Notes under the pieces: generated by a model
What the model was told of the DNA's origin: nothing
The model's database searches: none
What the model saw: the letters and a program-made list of their open reading frames with translations, nothing else
Translations under genes and position numbers: made by a program
NCBI GenBank assembly: GCA_036172245.1
Contig: JAYWIR010000040.1
Location: 62,001-126,000 of the forward strand
Origin: Raillietiella orientalis
Lineage: Eukaryota
Direction of reading: 5' to 3'
DNA: 64,000 bases
Part shown: piece after piece, positions 45,882 to 59,209 of the stretch
How the letters are laid out: each line of letters begins with the position of its first letter
How positions within the stretch are numbered: position 1 is the first letter of the stretch

Positions 45882-47347
45882 TTTAAACCCGGTACGCCGG
45901 GACGTTTATTTTTTCAAATAAACTCATATAAACTGTGACTGGACCAGTAGTCCAGCCACGCCCTAAAAGCATTCAGCCTGCGGGGCTACCGGTGCACAGA
46001 CCGGCGCGGTCGACCTCGGCAGCAGAAAGGAGGGGGAATGAAAGAAAAAGAAAAGAAAAAAAAATAAACAAAACTGGGAAGGGAGCGGGAAGGGATCACT
46101 GTCTGCTGGGAGGGTCAGTCATTCTCTGGAGGATGCCGGCAAGCTGTCGCTGAATGGTGGGTTCCAGATGGGGCCATCGCGTCGCCATCCTCGGGAAACG
46201 GGCGGCGTACACGGTGGCGTCCCTGTCGCTGGAACCTCCCGTCGCTTTGTTCCAAGCCACGACGATCCTGCGTAGGCAGCACAGGGCTGCAAGCGAGGCC
46301 GCCGGAGGCAGAGCATCACGGACGAAGAGGGGGCGCAAAGCGTCTCTGGGGTTGCCTCCGGGGATCCCCAGGGCTGCGGCAAAGCGTTCCCACAAGGGAC
46401 GGAGGGTAACACATTCCACTAGCAGGTGGGGGAGGTATTCCCTCTCCCCGCACCTGACACAATTGGGGTTGACACCCCCCCGCGTCCAGTGGTGTCGGCG
46501 GGCGTTGCAGGGGAGGCCCCAATGCAACACCAGGAGTGCCGACTGTTGTTACTTCATGGGGAAGGTGCGCGAGTCCATGAGCACCGGGGGCAACTCCAGA
46601 TGTTCCTCCGGAACATCCAGTAGCTCGCTCCAGCGCAAGAGTCCGTGTGGGGTGGTCCTCGGGGTCGCAGCGTGAGCTGACCCGTTCTCCAATCCCCGAT
46701 CTTCTTTGCCCTGCTGGCGATCTTGACAGTAACCTCCCATTGTGCCGCGACGTCGCTGCCCAGATGTTCCCGTAGGGTGGGCAGTACCGCAGCAAGGGAG
46801 GTTCTTTGAGCCCACGCTCTCCTTCGGGGATCCTCGAAGATTTCTCGGAGCGTGCGGTGGGCGTGAGGCCCGAACAGAGCTATTCGCTCGTGTTGCAGGC
46901 TCTGCTCCTGAGTCATCGCCCACGTGCGGACGGTTTCCTGCAACCAGGCAGGACCGTTCGCGGGGCGTACGAGGATCCGCTCCGAGTTGTCTTCACGAGC
47001 TTGGCCGCCCTTCGAAGCTGAAGTCCGCAGTGGCAGATGGGGCTTCGGAGTGCAAAGTAGGACGAGAGTCCCGCATTGCCGGTGGCCCGCTCGACGAGGA
47101 GACGTGCAGGGAGGCACCAGGCGGTGCACCAATTTTTTGCCATAAAGGCAACACTGTGGAACTGGAGCTGAAGCTCCAGCCGCTCCAGCGTCAGAAGGCC
47201 AAAACCGCCGTCCCGACGCGGAGCGCACAAGTCCGCGAGACGGACTCGGGGCATCCCTCTGCACCAAAGGGCTATCCTCAGGAGGTCCTTCGTCCTTTTC
47301 CTAGACTCCGCTGAGGGGAGGCAAACAAAAAGTAAGGGGCGAAGGAG
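45882..47347 (-). mobile_element. Family D copy 2, 3' segment (no A insertion)
   Basis: Paralog of 21241-21890 plus 27391-28210, continuous across the A site at about 46530. Hairpin at 45882-45910. Confidence 0.9.
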
Positions 47348-47857
47348 TCCCAGACCACCATGGAGGAGGGGGATAAGGTGAGTGATTGCCGCCTTCTCCC
47401 AACGGTAGAACCTGTCCAGGAGATAGCCATGGAGGAGGGGGAGCAGACAGTTGACAACCGCTCCCCCCTGCCGTCCAACGCAGCCGACGAATCGGTCCCC
47501 ATGGAAGAGGGGGAGCAGGTGCGTGGAACCCGCCCCCTTCAACCGTTGCGGTCCGCCGAGGAATCGGCCCCCATGGAGGAGGGAGAACCGGTGCGCGGAG
47601 ATCCCGTTCCTCCATCCGTCCCGCCCGACCAGGTGGCGGGAGCCCCATTGCCACTTTCCCTGGAGTAACACCTGGGCTCGCCTGTCGCCGTCGATTACGC
47701 GTGGCTTGCTGGAACGTCAACGGGCTGCGCGACGACAGCAAAAGTCGGGACACGGCCGCCACCCTGCGTGACTTCGACCTGGCACTCCTGCAGGAGATCC
47801 ACGTGATCACCGCGGAGAATGCCCAGGAGATCGAAAGGATCGCAGGGGGACGGTTGA
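47348..47857 (+). mobile_element. C/G-like fragment: ORF1 C-terminus and ORF2 start
   Basis: Four MEEG repeats, TAACA at 47666-47670, then ACWNVNGL..LLQEIH. Confidence 0.85.
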
Positions 47858-50800
47858 TTGTCACCCGGGTGCGCCGGGGCGTTTATTATAAACTATCCGG
47901 GAACAGGGTTCCCGGACAAAGGGGAAAACAAGAGACGAAGGGGGTGGGATCCCCGACACGCAGGTCGGTATGCCGAAAGTCCGGAACGGGAGAAAAGGGA
48001 CCACAAACACACTACTATATAAAAAAATAAAAGAAAAATATGGAGGGCAGGGGACAGGGGTCTTTGGTAAATCCGTTCCTTCCTTTCAAAACCGGCGATG
48101 GATGCCGGCGATCTCTCTCCTTACGCCCTGTGGCAGAGGGGCCCACTGGGCAGCCGACGACATGTTTGCGCTGGCTAATCCGGTGGGCTGACGAAGGATG
48201 GCCAGCTTCTCCAACTCTCGGTGGGCCTTGTCGATGGCGCGGGTGCAACACACGGTTGCAACGACAGCACCCAATGACAGGCCGCCTGGCGTGAAGAAGC
48301 GGCGCATCAACTCCCTCGCGGTGTCCCCCTGGTGCAGGAGAGCTGATGCCAGCCTCCGCCAGAGTCCTAGAAGGGCACCGCAGTCCAGGAGCAGGTGCGG
48401 GAGCGTTTCCACTTCCCCGCACCGCTTACAGTTTGGGGAGACGACTCCCCCGGAAACAAGGTTCGTGCGCTGGTTGGAGTGAAAACCCCAATGCACCAGC
48501 ATAATCACATCCTGCTTCCACGAAAGGGGGAACACAGAAGTGTTCAGACACGACGGAGGAACCACAAGTTCTTCAAGGGGCACACTCAAGTGTTCGCTCC
48601 ACCGAAGGAGTCCCTTCGGAACGTGGCGAGGCGTGGCGGCGTCCGCCAGCTGGCAAGTCTTCCAGCCGCCAATAGGTCGCGTTGTTCCTGCAATGGTGCA
48701 GGCGACCTCCCATCTCGCCCGTTCGCAGCTGTCATCTCTTGCCCTGAGGGCTGACAGCGCGTCGGCAAACGGCGTGACGGCCAGGCGGGTCCACTTCTGG
48801 CTGTTGCAGACCTCATCCACCGTGCAGTACGGGGAGAGGTGAACGCAACGGAGTTCCAGGAGGGAAACATCCTGGTGCTTTGCCCAGCCATGCAACGGTT
48901 CCTGCCGCCAGGCTTGAAAGTTCGTTGGGCGGCAGGAGATCCATTCCTGGGCTTCCAGGAGCCGATACAGCGGTTTCAAGGGGAAACCGAAGCTTCTCGT
49001 GACGCGCTCCGTGTGCGGCCGCAGCGACAGAAGTCCATCGCTGCCTGTGCAGCGCCGCAGAAGCAGGCGCGCGGGAGCGTACCACGGAGTGGACCAAAGG
49101 TTGGCGCACAGGGCCAACATCCGAAGCTGCACCTGCAGCTCGATTCTCTCCAGCGTCAATATGCCTAAGCCAGTATCCCGACGCGGAGCCGCCAAGTCTT
49201 TGAGGCGGATCCTGGACCTCGCAGGTCCCCACAGAGCGTTCCTCAACAGGCTGTGCGCCTGGAGCTTGGCCGAGTAGGGGGGCGGGCAAACAAAAAGCAG
49301 GGGGCGCAAGAGAGGGGCAAGGAAGGTGTTCCATATCGTGGCCCGCTCCGGCAGGACGAACCTGCCATGGTGGAACGGGCTCAGGGCATTCGAAGCCTTC
49401 CGAAGGCAGTCCGACCACACTTCCACTGGGCTGATGGTCCCCAGCGGAACGCCCAGATATTGCACGGAGGAAGCGGTCGGGATCCCCAGGCGGATCCAGT
49501 CGGACTGCCCCTCCCACGCCGCACTAATAGGTACGACCACGCTCTTGCTCCGGTTTACGCTCATGCCCGCTCCCCGGCGAATCAGCTCGAAGAAATCCTC
49601 GAGACTGGATGCCGGGGTGGTCATGGGTAAGAGGAGGAGCAGGTCGTCAGCATAGGCCGCCACGGACGGCGTTCCTGGACAAGAGCTCGGCAGGTTGGCC
49701 AGCGTCAGACTGTACGCCCTCAGCACCAACTCAAAGAAGATGCTGAAGAGCAACGGGCTTAAGCTGTCGCCCTGCCTGATGCCCCGCCGCACCGGCACGC
49801 CGTACACGTGGCAGCCGCTAAAAGAGATGGAAATGAGCGCGTGGCGCCAGCAAGCGCGCAAATACGCCACGAGGTGCACCGGGAGACCGAGGCGTTCCAG
49901 GAGCTCCAGCAGGAGATCCTGATTTACGCAATCGAACGCCTTGCGGAGATCGACCGCGACCGCCTAGGCACCCGGCGCTTCCCCAGGCCGAATGCAGCGA
50001 CGCCTAGCCTCGGCAGCCGCAGACGCGGTTGCCTGGCTGTCGTGCGCCACGCAGCGTTGCAGCTCGAGCCACGTGCGCGCGAAGAACAGGTTCGCCTCCA
50101 CGGACCGCCCGGGAACAGCGTAAGACTGCTCCGGACTTACCACGGATCCTGCGATCCTGCCCAGGCGCGCGACCCACAGCCTGGAGAACAACTTGACGTC
50201 CGCATTCACCAAGGTGATGGGACGCCAGTTGCTTAAATGGCGCATGTCTCCGCCTTTCGGCAACAGACGCACCCTTGCTGAGAGAAACGAGGCCGGGACA
50301 TTGCCCGTCTCTCGCATCAGCGCAGAAAGCCTCAGCACCAGGGGGATGAGTTCCGCCGCGAAGCACTGGAAGAACTCCGCAGGCAGACCATCCTCACCTG
50401 GCGCCTTGCGCTTCTTGAGGCCCGCTATGGCGGAAGACACTTCTTCCGCCGTGAAGGGTAAGTCAAGAGTGGCGCGTTCCTCCTCGTCGACCGCCGGGGA
50501 ATCCGCCGGCAGAAGCAGCTCCGAGAGACTGCGTTCCGTCTGCTCCCTAGCGTACAACAAGGAGTAATAGCGCTTTAGGAGGCGGCGAACTTCGGCCGCG
50601 CCCGAGCACTCCAGGCCCTGGTCGTCGAGCAGACAAGCTGCTCCTGACTGCCAGACCTGGCGCTCGGCCTTGGCCGTGTACTCCGCAAGGTACCGGACGT
50701 CCGGGCATCGGAAGAATTGGCGGGCCTGCAGAAACTCTCTGCTGTTGGCCACGCCTTCCCCGAAGCCACGGGGAAGCAGGCGCAAGGGGAACCGGCTGCA

Positions 50801-52450
50801 GAACTCGCGGACCGATCTTTTCAGATCGTCCCAGTCCACGAGCTCTCGAACGGCAAAGGTCCGCAGATGCTGGCGGAGGTGCTCCGCAGCATCGGATTTC
50901 TCAACCAGTCGGCCGGCAACCTCCAGGCGTGCGTCGGAGGGCCCTTGCCAGGCGGGAGTAGCTCAAACTCCAGCCTGTAGTGGTCGGAAAGCTCGGACGG
51001 CACGGGACCTCTTCGACCCACCCGACAATGCAGGTGATCGTCGAGGAACACATGGTCCGGCAAAGCACGCATTCCGGGATCGTCGGCCTGCAAATTCGAG
51101 GCGTGCACCGACGCGCACACCTCGTTCACCAGCCGTTTCTCCCGGCGACGGTGAGACTCCTCCGATAGCGCGTGGACGTTGAAGTCCCCGGCTACGAGGT
51201 GAGCCACGTCGGGGCCGGAGTTGCTGAGCCAGCGGTCGCGCAGTCTCTCGAAAAACTCCAGTTTCTCGGTGTGACGCGCGGAGCCGCTCGGCGCGTACAC
51301 GTTCGTGACGACAAGGTTGATCGATTCGGACCACTTGAGAGCAAGTTGGCCCACACGACCTTCCTCGTCGAAACAAACGCTCCGCACCGCTCCCGCCACC
51401 CTGCCCCGGACAAGGAATGTGACTCCGCAGGTATTCTGGGAGCTTGACCTCCAATGGAGCGTCCCGCCTGCGCGAACTTGCAGATCGGTCGCTTGCTGCT
51501 CGGAGAGTGCGTGAATCTCCTGCAGCAGGGCCAGATCGAAGTCACGCAAGACGTTGGCAACCAATCGCCTCTTCTCGTTGTCCTGCAGCCCGTTGACGTT
51601 CCAACAGGCCACTCGGACGCGACGGGAAGAAGCGAGACCGCGCATTGCTGCTACGGACATGGAGGTGCGTTCCTCGCCCCGTCCGGCGAGGCATCAGCCG
51701 GGAGCACGGCGGATGAGGTAGCGCAAGCGCTTCCTGTCCCCGCCGCGCCGCTCGCGGCCGGCTCGGTGGAGTCGAGGACCATTGCCTCGGGCTCCGAGGA
51801 GCATCGGGAACCGTTCCCGGCATCAGGCTCTTGCCTGGCAAGTTTTGGCTTGCGCGCAGCCCTGGCCTTGACCGGGGCTTGGCGAGCCTTAGCGCTGCCC
51901 TCGGACTCCACCTCGGAGTCCGAATTGCGCGCGCGCGGCGGCGGGCGTTTCGCCTGCCTCTTTGTTTCCTGGCAGCCCGGAGCTGGTCCAGCACTCTTAG
52001 AGGGTGCCTTCGTCGCCGATCCCCCTTTCGGGGTCACGGCTTCGGCAGCTCCCCTCTCGCCGCGGGTGTTTGCGGCGGCGCGCGCGGCGGCAGCAGAGGC
52101 TTTTCCTTGCGCCCTTCTGGGCGCGCGGGGTTGCCTCTTCACCCCGCCTACCTTTTGGATCGGGAAGTGGGAAGGATCGCGCGGTTTGCGCTCCTTCTTT
52201 CCCCCGACGAAGGTCCAGCCATCCTCGCCGCCTTCCTGTTTGCCCCGGTTGGGCGCGAGGGCTTCCAGGGTCCTTCGCATCCTTTCCAAGGCCTCGGATA
52301 CGGCGATGGAGGCCAGTGTCTCCTTCGCCACGTCTGCCTTCTGCACCTCCTTACCGGGAGGTGCGGGCACAGTGGCGGGATTCTCGGGTGTCGCGCGAGG
52401 CTTTTCAGCCTTTGCTGGCGTTCGGCCCGCCGTGGCCGGCTTGCCTGAGT
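47858..52450 (-). mobile_element. Family F copy 2 (ORF1 C-terminal half, ORF2, 3' UTR), inactivated
   Basis: ORF1 part 51651-52370; APE 50821-51660; RT 49964-50839 and 48086-49879 with YADD; hairpin at 47858-47887. Confidence 0.92.
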
Positions 52451-53743
52451 AGAGATTCAGCTGCGGTGGCGCACCCTGGCCATCGCAGAGAAGTTATGGA
52501 GCACCCCATGGTGCGTTCCGGCCCGACTCCTTGCCAGCCGTGTATCCGGAACGGAGGGTCTCGCGTCTCATCTTCTGTGCCGCGGCTCGAAAATCAAGAG
52601 ATGCGGACTCCTCCTGGGACGGATGGCAACCCTGGCAAAGGAAAACGGCTGGATGGAATGCAGCCCCGCCAACTCCTCCGCATGGCTGGAGGAGACCGCT
52701 GGCACGTGGGCGAATATCAAAGAGCAGAACTCAGAGATGTGGAACTGCCTGCGACGCGGCGCCTATTCCCGCTGCACTCTGCGGAAGATACTCCAGTGTC
52801 CCGCGAGAAGCACGTGGGCAGAGACAACCCCCCTCGCTACGGCGATGCCCTTCCTGAGGAGGGCGCTCTCCAGCAGCCGCAAGCCTAGGTGGCAAGTCTC
52901 CTGCCGCATCGCAGGCAAGGAGAAGTTGATCAGCGGCTGGTCCACGGGTGAACTGGCGGACGCCAGTACACCTAGTGTCAAACCGAGAGGACTGCAGAGA
53001 TGGGGCGAGCTACTCGGCATCCAGCCGGATGACCTGAAGTGGCCCCCGGTATTAATTGGATCTAGGATCCTCCCCCTGAAGTGGCAGGAGTCGGCGCTTC
53101 TGTTACTGCATTGGGGTCTACCCTGCAACGCACGCCGCCACCACTGGACCAGGGGTCGAGTAGATCCTACCTGCATCAGGTGTGGGGAACGGGAAACCCT
53201 CCCCCACCTCCTTGTTGATTGTGCTGCCCTCCGACCCCTGTGGGAACGTCTTCGTGCCTCGCTACGGATCCAGGAGGGCAGCCAGCCCAGAGACGTTTTT
53301 CGGCTTCTGTTCGTGCATGATGCCCTGCGTCCAGCCGCTGCCCTGGCTGCACTTTGCTGCGTACGCGGGATTGTGACGTGCTGGAGCAACGTCGGAAGAC
53401 CGAATCACGACAGGGATGCTATCGTACTTGCAGTCCGCTACCTGCGGATTGTGACCAGATGGCCCCACCTGGGAATTATACGGACGGACCTCGAGGGCAT
53501 CCTGCGAAGGATGGACCCTCCTCCCAGTGGTCAGTGATCCCTCGCCAACCCTCCCAAATCTTTTTGTTTTTATGTTTTATTTTTCTTTTTGTTTTTTCCC
53601 CCACCCCCTTCCGCTGCCGAGGAGAGTCGCGCCGGTCTGCGTACCGGCGACCCGGCAGGTCCAGTAGAGATGGCCGTAGTGGGGCCTCGTACCACGAACC
53701 AAAGAGAATTTCAAATAAACGCCCCGGCGTGACCGGGTGGCAA
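52447..53743 (+). mobile_element. Family G copy 2, 3' segment
   Basis: Near-identical inverted copy of 32927-34225; ORF 52623-53537 matches the G1 C-terminus. Confidence 0.92.
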
Positions 53744-55587
53744 CTATCAACTTGGCGTCCACATTCACTATTGTGATGGGACGCCAGTTGTTCATGCTCC
53801 TCAGATCTCCTCCCTAAGGGAGGAGCCGCACCTTTGCCGAACGAAACGAGGCGGGAACGTCGCCTGTTTCGCGTATCAGCAAGGTGAGTTGCTGTACCAG
53901 GGGGGTAAGCTCAGCCGTGAAAGTTTGATAAAACTCCGCGGGCAGGCCGTCCTCTTCTGAAGCCTTTCGCCTCTTGAGCATTCCGATGGCCGAGAGGATC
54001 TCGTCCATCGTGAAAGGCTCGTCGAGGGTCTTTTTCTGCTCCTCCCCGATCGCTGGAGCGCCTTCCGGAAGCAGGAGTCGTGAGACGTTCCTCTCCGGAG
54101 GTGCCCTGGCATACAGGGAGGAGTAGTAACTCCGCAGCAGGCCGCGGATTTGGGCAGGTGCCGAGTGCTCCTGGCCCTGATCGTCCAGTAAGCTGGCCGA
54201 TCCGGACTGCCAGGCTTGCCTCTCGGCTCCCGCTTTGTATTCCGCCAGCCTGCGGATGTCGGGGGTCCTGGCGTAACGACGGGCCTGCAGGTAGGCTCGT
54301 TCGTTACGGACCCCGGTCCCAAAACCCGTGGGTAGGCGGTGCAGAGGGAACTGGTCGCAGAACTCCTGGACCGACCGCTTAAAGCGGTCCCAATTCTGGA
54401 GTGTCCGCAGCCTGAAGCTCCGTATGAACGTGCGGAGATGTTCCGCCGCGTCCGGGAGCTACAGCCATTTTCCTGGGAGACGCCACGCTGACGAGGGGGG
54501 GCCCCTGTCGCGCGGATGGATTTCGAGGACTAGCGGGCGATGGTCGGACAGCTCGCACGGTAACTTCCCGCGCCTGTCCACGCGAGGGCACAGGTGCTCG
54601 TCAAGAAACACGTGGTCAATGCTGCCTTCCATCCCCGGTGCACTGGCCAACAGATTACAGGTGTGCACCGCCATGCACACCTCGTTGACCAGGTCACGCT
54701 CAGGATTCTGCTCATCTGGTTTCAGGAGAACGTTGAAATCGCCAGCAACCAGAAGGGCATTCCGCACGTTTGCTTCGCTCAGCCAGTCTCGCCGGAGGGC
54801 AAGGAAAAGCTCTTTCCTCGCCCTTCTGTTCATCAGGTCCTTGCCGCTCGGTGCTTACACGTTCGTGACGATCAGATCAATCGACTCGGACCACCTGAGA
54901 GTCAGCTGGCCGACACGACCGTGATCGTCGAACCGCACGCCCCTAGCCGCGGCCTCGACGGCTGGCCGAAGCAGGTAGGCGACACCGCAAGTTTTCGCTC
55001 TCCCACGCCTGTACCATAGCCGCCCTCCGGAGATCCGTTCGATCTATTGCGCTTGTTCTGCAGAGATCACGTGGATCTCCTGCAGCAGCGCAAGGTCGTA
55101 GGACTCGAGAAGGGCGGCCATGTCTCGTCTCCTGCCGGCGTCTGTCATGCCGTTCACGTTCCAAACGGCGATGCGCAGACGACGGCGGGAGGAGATTCCC
55201 GGCATTACTGCTGGGAAGATTAAGGTGTGGGGGAGCCCGCCTCTTGCGAGGCGGGCGGGATGTCCATGGGGGTTTCGGCCTTCTCAGGCACCTGAGGCAC
55301 CTGTTCGGCCTCCACCCCCTCCATCCCCTCCGTGTCCGCGCGTGGGAGTCTCTCGGTCGACGGGTCCCGAGAGTTTCCCACGCTCATGGCGCCCTCGCTT
55401 GCGGAAGCCATCTCTTCCCCTTCGACGGGGGAGACGAGCTTCCTTGGCTTTGTGGACTTACGTCCAGCCTTCTTGCGCGGTGCCGTGGACACGGAGGCTG
55501 CGCTTCCGGCCTCCACCTTGGGGTCGGAAGTGGGGGACTCCTGAGGGGAGGCCGGACGCCTCACTGCCTTTTTGCCAGCCTTGGAGG
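53744..55587 (-). mobile_element. D-related LINE H: ORF1 C-terminus, APE, RT N-terminus
   Basis: ORF1 RRPASPQESPTSDP resembles D; TAATG at 55207-55203; VAGDFN, SIDHVF, LSDH and WRPITIVN present; several stops. Confidence 0.88.
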
Positions 55588-58500
55588 TTTACACCCGGAT
55601 ACGCCCGGGACGTTTATTGTAAAAACTCTACATCCGCGGTACAAGGCCCCGCTCACGGCCATATGCACTGGACCTGCCGGGACGCAGGGACGCAACCCAG
55701 CGTAGCGTTCGTCAGCAGCGAAGGGGGATGGGGATAAAACAAAAAGAAAAATAAAAAAAATAAACAGACAAAAAGAAGTTGGAGGGCAGGGAAGGGAACA
55801 CTGAACGCTGTGAGGAGGGCCCATCCGTTGAAGGAAGCCCTCGAGGTCCGTCCGTATATTCCCCAGTTAGGGCCATCCGGCAGCTCTCCGCATGAAACGT
55901 TGGGCGTATGGGACGACATCCCTCGCGTGTAAACCCACTCCTTCGTTATTGGCTTCGCTCCATGCCGCCACGATGCCACGGACACAGCACAAGGCTGCGA
56001 TGGCTGCGGCTGGCTGCAGTGCGTCCTTCACGAAGAGGGGCCGAAGAACGTCTCTGGGGGTGCTGCTCGTAGGGAGCCCTAGGGTCGCCCTGAACCGTTC
56101 CCAGAGGGGTCGGATGGCAGCACAGTCCACAATAAGGTGGAAGAGCGATTCCCGCTCTCCGCACCTGACACACTCAGGATCCACAGTTCCCCTTGTCCAG
56201 TGGAAGCGGCGTGCGTTGCAGGGTAATCATCAGTGCAGCAGTAGCAACGCCGACTCTTGCCACTTAAGGGGCAGGATCCTGGATTCCTTTAGTACCGGGG
56301 GCCACTTCAGCACATCCTTCGGGATGGCGAGCAGCTCGCCCCATCTCATTAATCCACGCGGCTGGACGCTCGGGGTCGTGGCGTCCGCGAGTTCTCCTGT
56401 GGTCCAGCCGCTTAACATCTTCTCCCTGCCTGCGATCTGGCAGGTGACTTGCCACCTCGGCTTCTGGCGATCCTAAAGCGTCATCAGGAGATAGGGCATC
56501 GCAGTAGCAAGGGGGGTCGTCAACGCCCACCTGCGACGCCGGGGAAATTCCAGTATTTCCCGCAGGGTGCGGTTGGCGTATGGGCCGATTCGCAGGCAGT
56601 TTATGTGGTTTTCACTTCTCCGGTTCAGCTTAGCACATGTGCCAGCAGACTCCTCCAACCAGGCGGAGGAGTTGGCGGGGCCACAAACCATCCAACCGTT
56701 CGTCTTCGCCAAGGTTGCTATGCGTCCGAGCATAAGGCCGCATCTTCGGATCTTCCGGCCAGGGCACAGAAGAAACGACGCGAGTCCTTCGCATCGGGAC
56801 ACACGCCTGGCGAGGTGGCGGGCCGGAACGCACCAAGGGGTGCTCCACATCTTCGCTGCGATGGCGAGGGTTCGCCACCGCAGCTGGAATTCCACGCGCT
56901 CCAGCGTCAGGAGGCCAAGGCCACCGTCCCGACGCGGAGCGCACAAGTCCTGCAGAGGGACTCGGGGCCTCCCCTTGCCCCAAAGGGCGATGCGGAGGAG
57001 GTCCTTCGTCCTCTTTTTAACTACTCTTGGGGCGGGGCAAACAAAAAGCAAGGGGCGGAGGATGGGGGCCGCGAAGGCGTTCCAAACCGCGGCCCGTTCC
57101 GGCAAGTGAAACTTGCCTTCCAGGAACGGGCCGATCGCCGGCTCAACTTTTTGAAGACAGCTGGACCACGCTTCCGCAGGGGAGTAGTCACCCAACGGCA
57201 CACCAAGGTACTTGAGGCACCTCGCCGTGGGGATCCCCAGACGGACCCAGTCCTGCTGCCCTGCCCACGCCGCACCTACTGGCACCACCGACGACTTCGC
57301 CCTGTTGACCTGCAGTCCGGTCCCACGGCTGAGCAGATCGAAGAAGTCTCCGACCGCATTCGCCGGGGTGGACATAGGTAACAGAAGCAGAAGGTCGTCG
57401 GCCTAGGCTGCTACGGCGGGCGTGCCGGGACACGAGCTCGGCAAGGAGGCCAAAGTCACCCTGTAGGCTCTCAGCACCAACTCCCTGCCTGATGCCCCGC
57501 CGCACCGGCACGCCATGCACCTTCTGACTGCTGAAAGAGACGGAAATGATGGCATGGCGCCAGCAGGAGCGCAGGTAGTTGATCAGGGAGGGTGGGAAGC
57601 CCATGCGAACCAGGAGCTCCAACAAAAGCCCCTGGTCAACACAGTCGGACGCCTTATGGAGATCGACTGCGAGCGCTAAGGCCCCCTTCCCCGCCCGGGA
57701 GTCCATTCCCTGCCCTGCTGGCGGCCCCAAAGTGGGGTTGCCGATTTTTCCTTTCCCTTCCTTTTGACACCTCTGCGCGTGCATCCATGTGCTCGCGAAG
57801 AAGAGGTTGGCATCCATACTTCGCCCGGGAACAGCATATGTCTGCTCCGGACTAATAATGGAGTCTGCCACCTGCCCCAGACGCGAAGCCCATAGCCCGG
57901 CAACCAACTTGCCGTCCGTATTCACAATCGTGATCGGACGCCAGTTGTTCAAATTCCTAAGGTCTCCCCCTTTCGGAAGGAGCCTCACTCTGGCTGACCG
58001 AAACGAGGCGGGAACATCGCCTTCGTCTCGGATCAGCCTTGTCAGCTGAAGCAGCAGGGGTGCCAGCTCTTCCGCGAAGCTCTGATAGAACTCCGCGGGC
58101 AAGCCGTCTTCCTCTGGAGCTTTCCGCCTCTTGAGCCTTTTGATACCGGCGAGAATTTCGCCGGTGGTAAAAGGCTCATCGAGGCTTAACGACTCCTCCT
58201 CCTCTATTGCCGGGGCACCATCCGGAAGCAAGAGCCGAGAGGCATCTTGATCCGGGGGCGCCCTGGCGTAAAGGGAGGAATAATAACTCCGCACGAGATG
58301 CCGTACCGACGCCGGGGACGAACATTCCCGGCCCTGGTCGTCCAGCAAGCTGACCGACCCGGATTGCCAGGCTTGGCGTTTGGCCCCGGCGCGGTACTCG
58401 GCCAGGCGACGGACATTAGGGGTTCGCTCGTACATTCGGGCCTGTAAATAGGCCGAATGGTTGCGAGGACCCTCGCCGAATAAGGAGGGCAGGCGGTCCA

Positions 58501-58896
58501 GGGGGAACTGCTCGCAGAATTCCCGGACCGATTCCTTAAAAAGGTCCCAGTCTTGGAGATTCCGGAGCGTGACGCCTCTCAGGTATTCGCGAAGGTGTTC
58601 CTTCGCACCTGAGAGTCGCGTCCAGTCCCCCGGCAGACGCCAGTCTCTGGATGGCGGTCCTTTGTCGCGAGGCCGCATCTCGAAAATTAACCGGGAATGG
58701 TCCGACAACGTTGACGCAACTTTCCCCCGTTTGCCGACCCGGGAACACAGGTCAGCGTCGAGGAAGACGTGGTCGATGCTGCGGACCATTCCCCTCTCAC
58801 CCGCGAACAAGTTGCGCGCACGCATGGCGGCGCACAACTCGTTCATCGCGTTCACGTGTGTTTCCGGCTCACCTGTTAGCAGGCGGAGATTGAAAT
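55588..58896 (-). mobile_element. Family C copy 3 (APE C-terminus to 3' end; no D or G insertion)
   Basis: ORFs 57188-58903 and 56473-57375; small deletion at about 57482; stop in the YADD tyrosine codon; hairpin at 55588-55618. Confidence 0.9.
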
Positions 58897-59209
58897 TTAT
58901 CACCCGGTCACGCCGGGGCGTTTTTTAATAATAATAAACTGGTCAGGGACAATGTCCCCAACCAACAGAACGACAGAGAACATAGAAAAATTACAGGCAC
59001 GCAGGCCTGGTAAACAAACCGTTCGCAGCGTGGGGGGAATGAGGGGAAACAAACAAAAATCAAAAACTGTAGGGAAGGGTAACGGGTTTTTGGTTAGGCT
59101 CCGTACTCACGGGGATTTATACGATGAGCACCTAAAATGTTCCGGAGCCTATGGGGACACGGGTGTAAAAAGAAAATACAAATTTAGTTTATGGAGGGTA
59201 GGGCAATGA

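Larger units (their letters stand above)
37403..46530 (+). repeat. Second copy of the composite C::B / C::D unit (first copy 14519-21890; partial inverted copy about 58560-64000)
   Basis: Shared junctions, a shared APE deletion (about 16686 / 39568) and a shared ORF1 stop (17014-17016 / 39896-39898). Confidence 0.88.
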
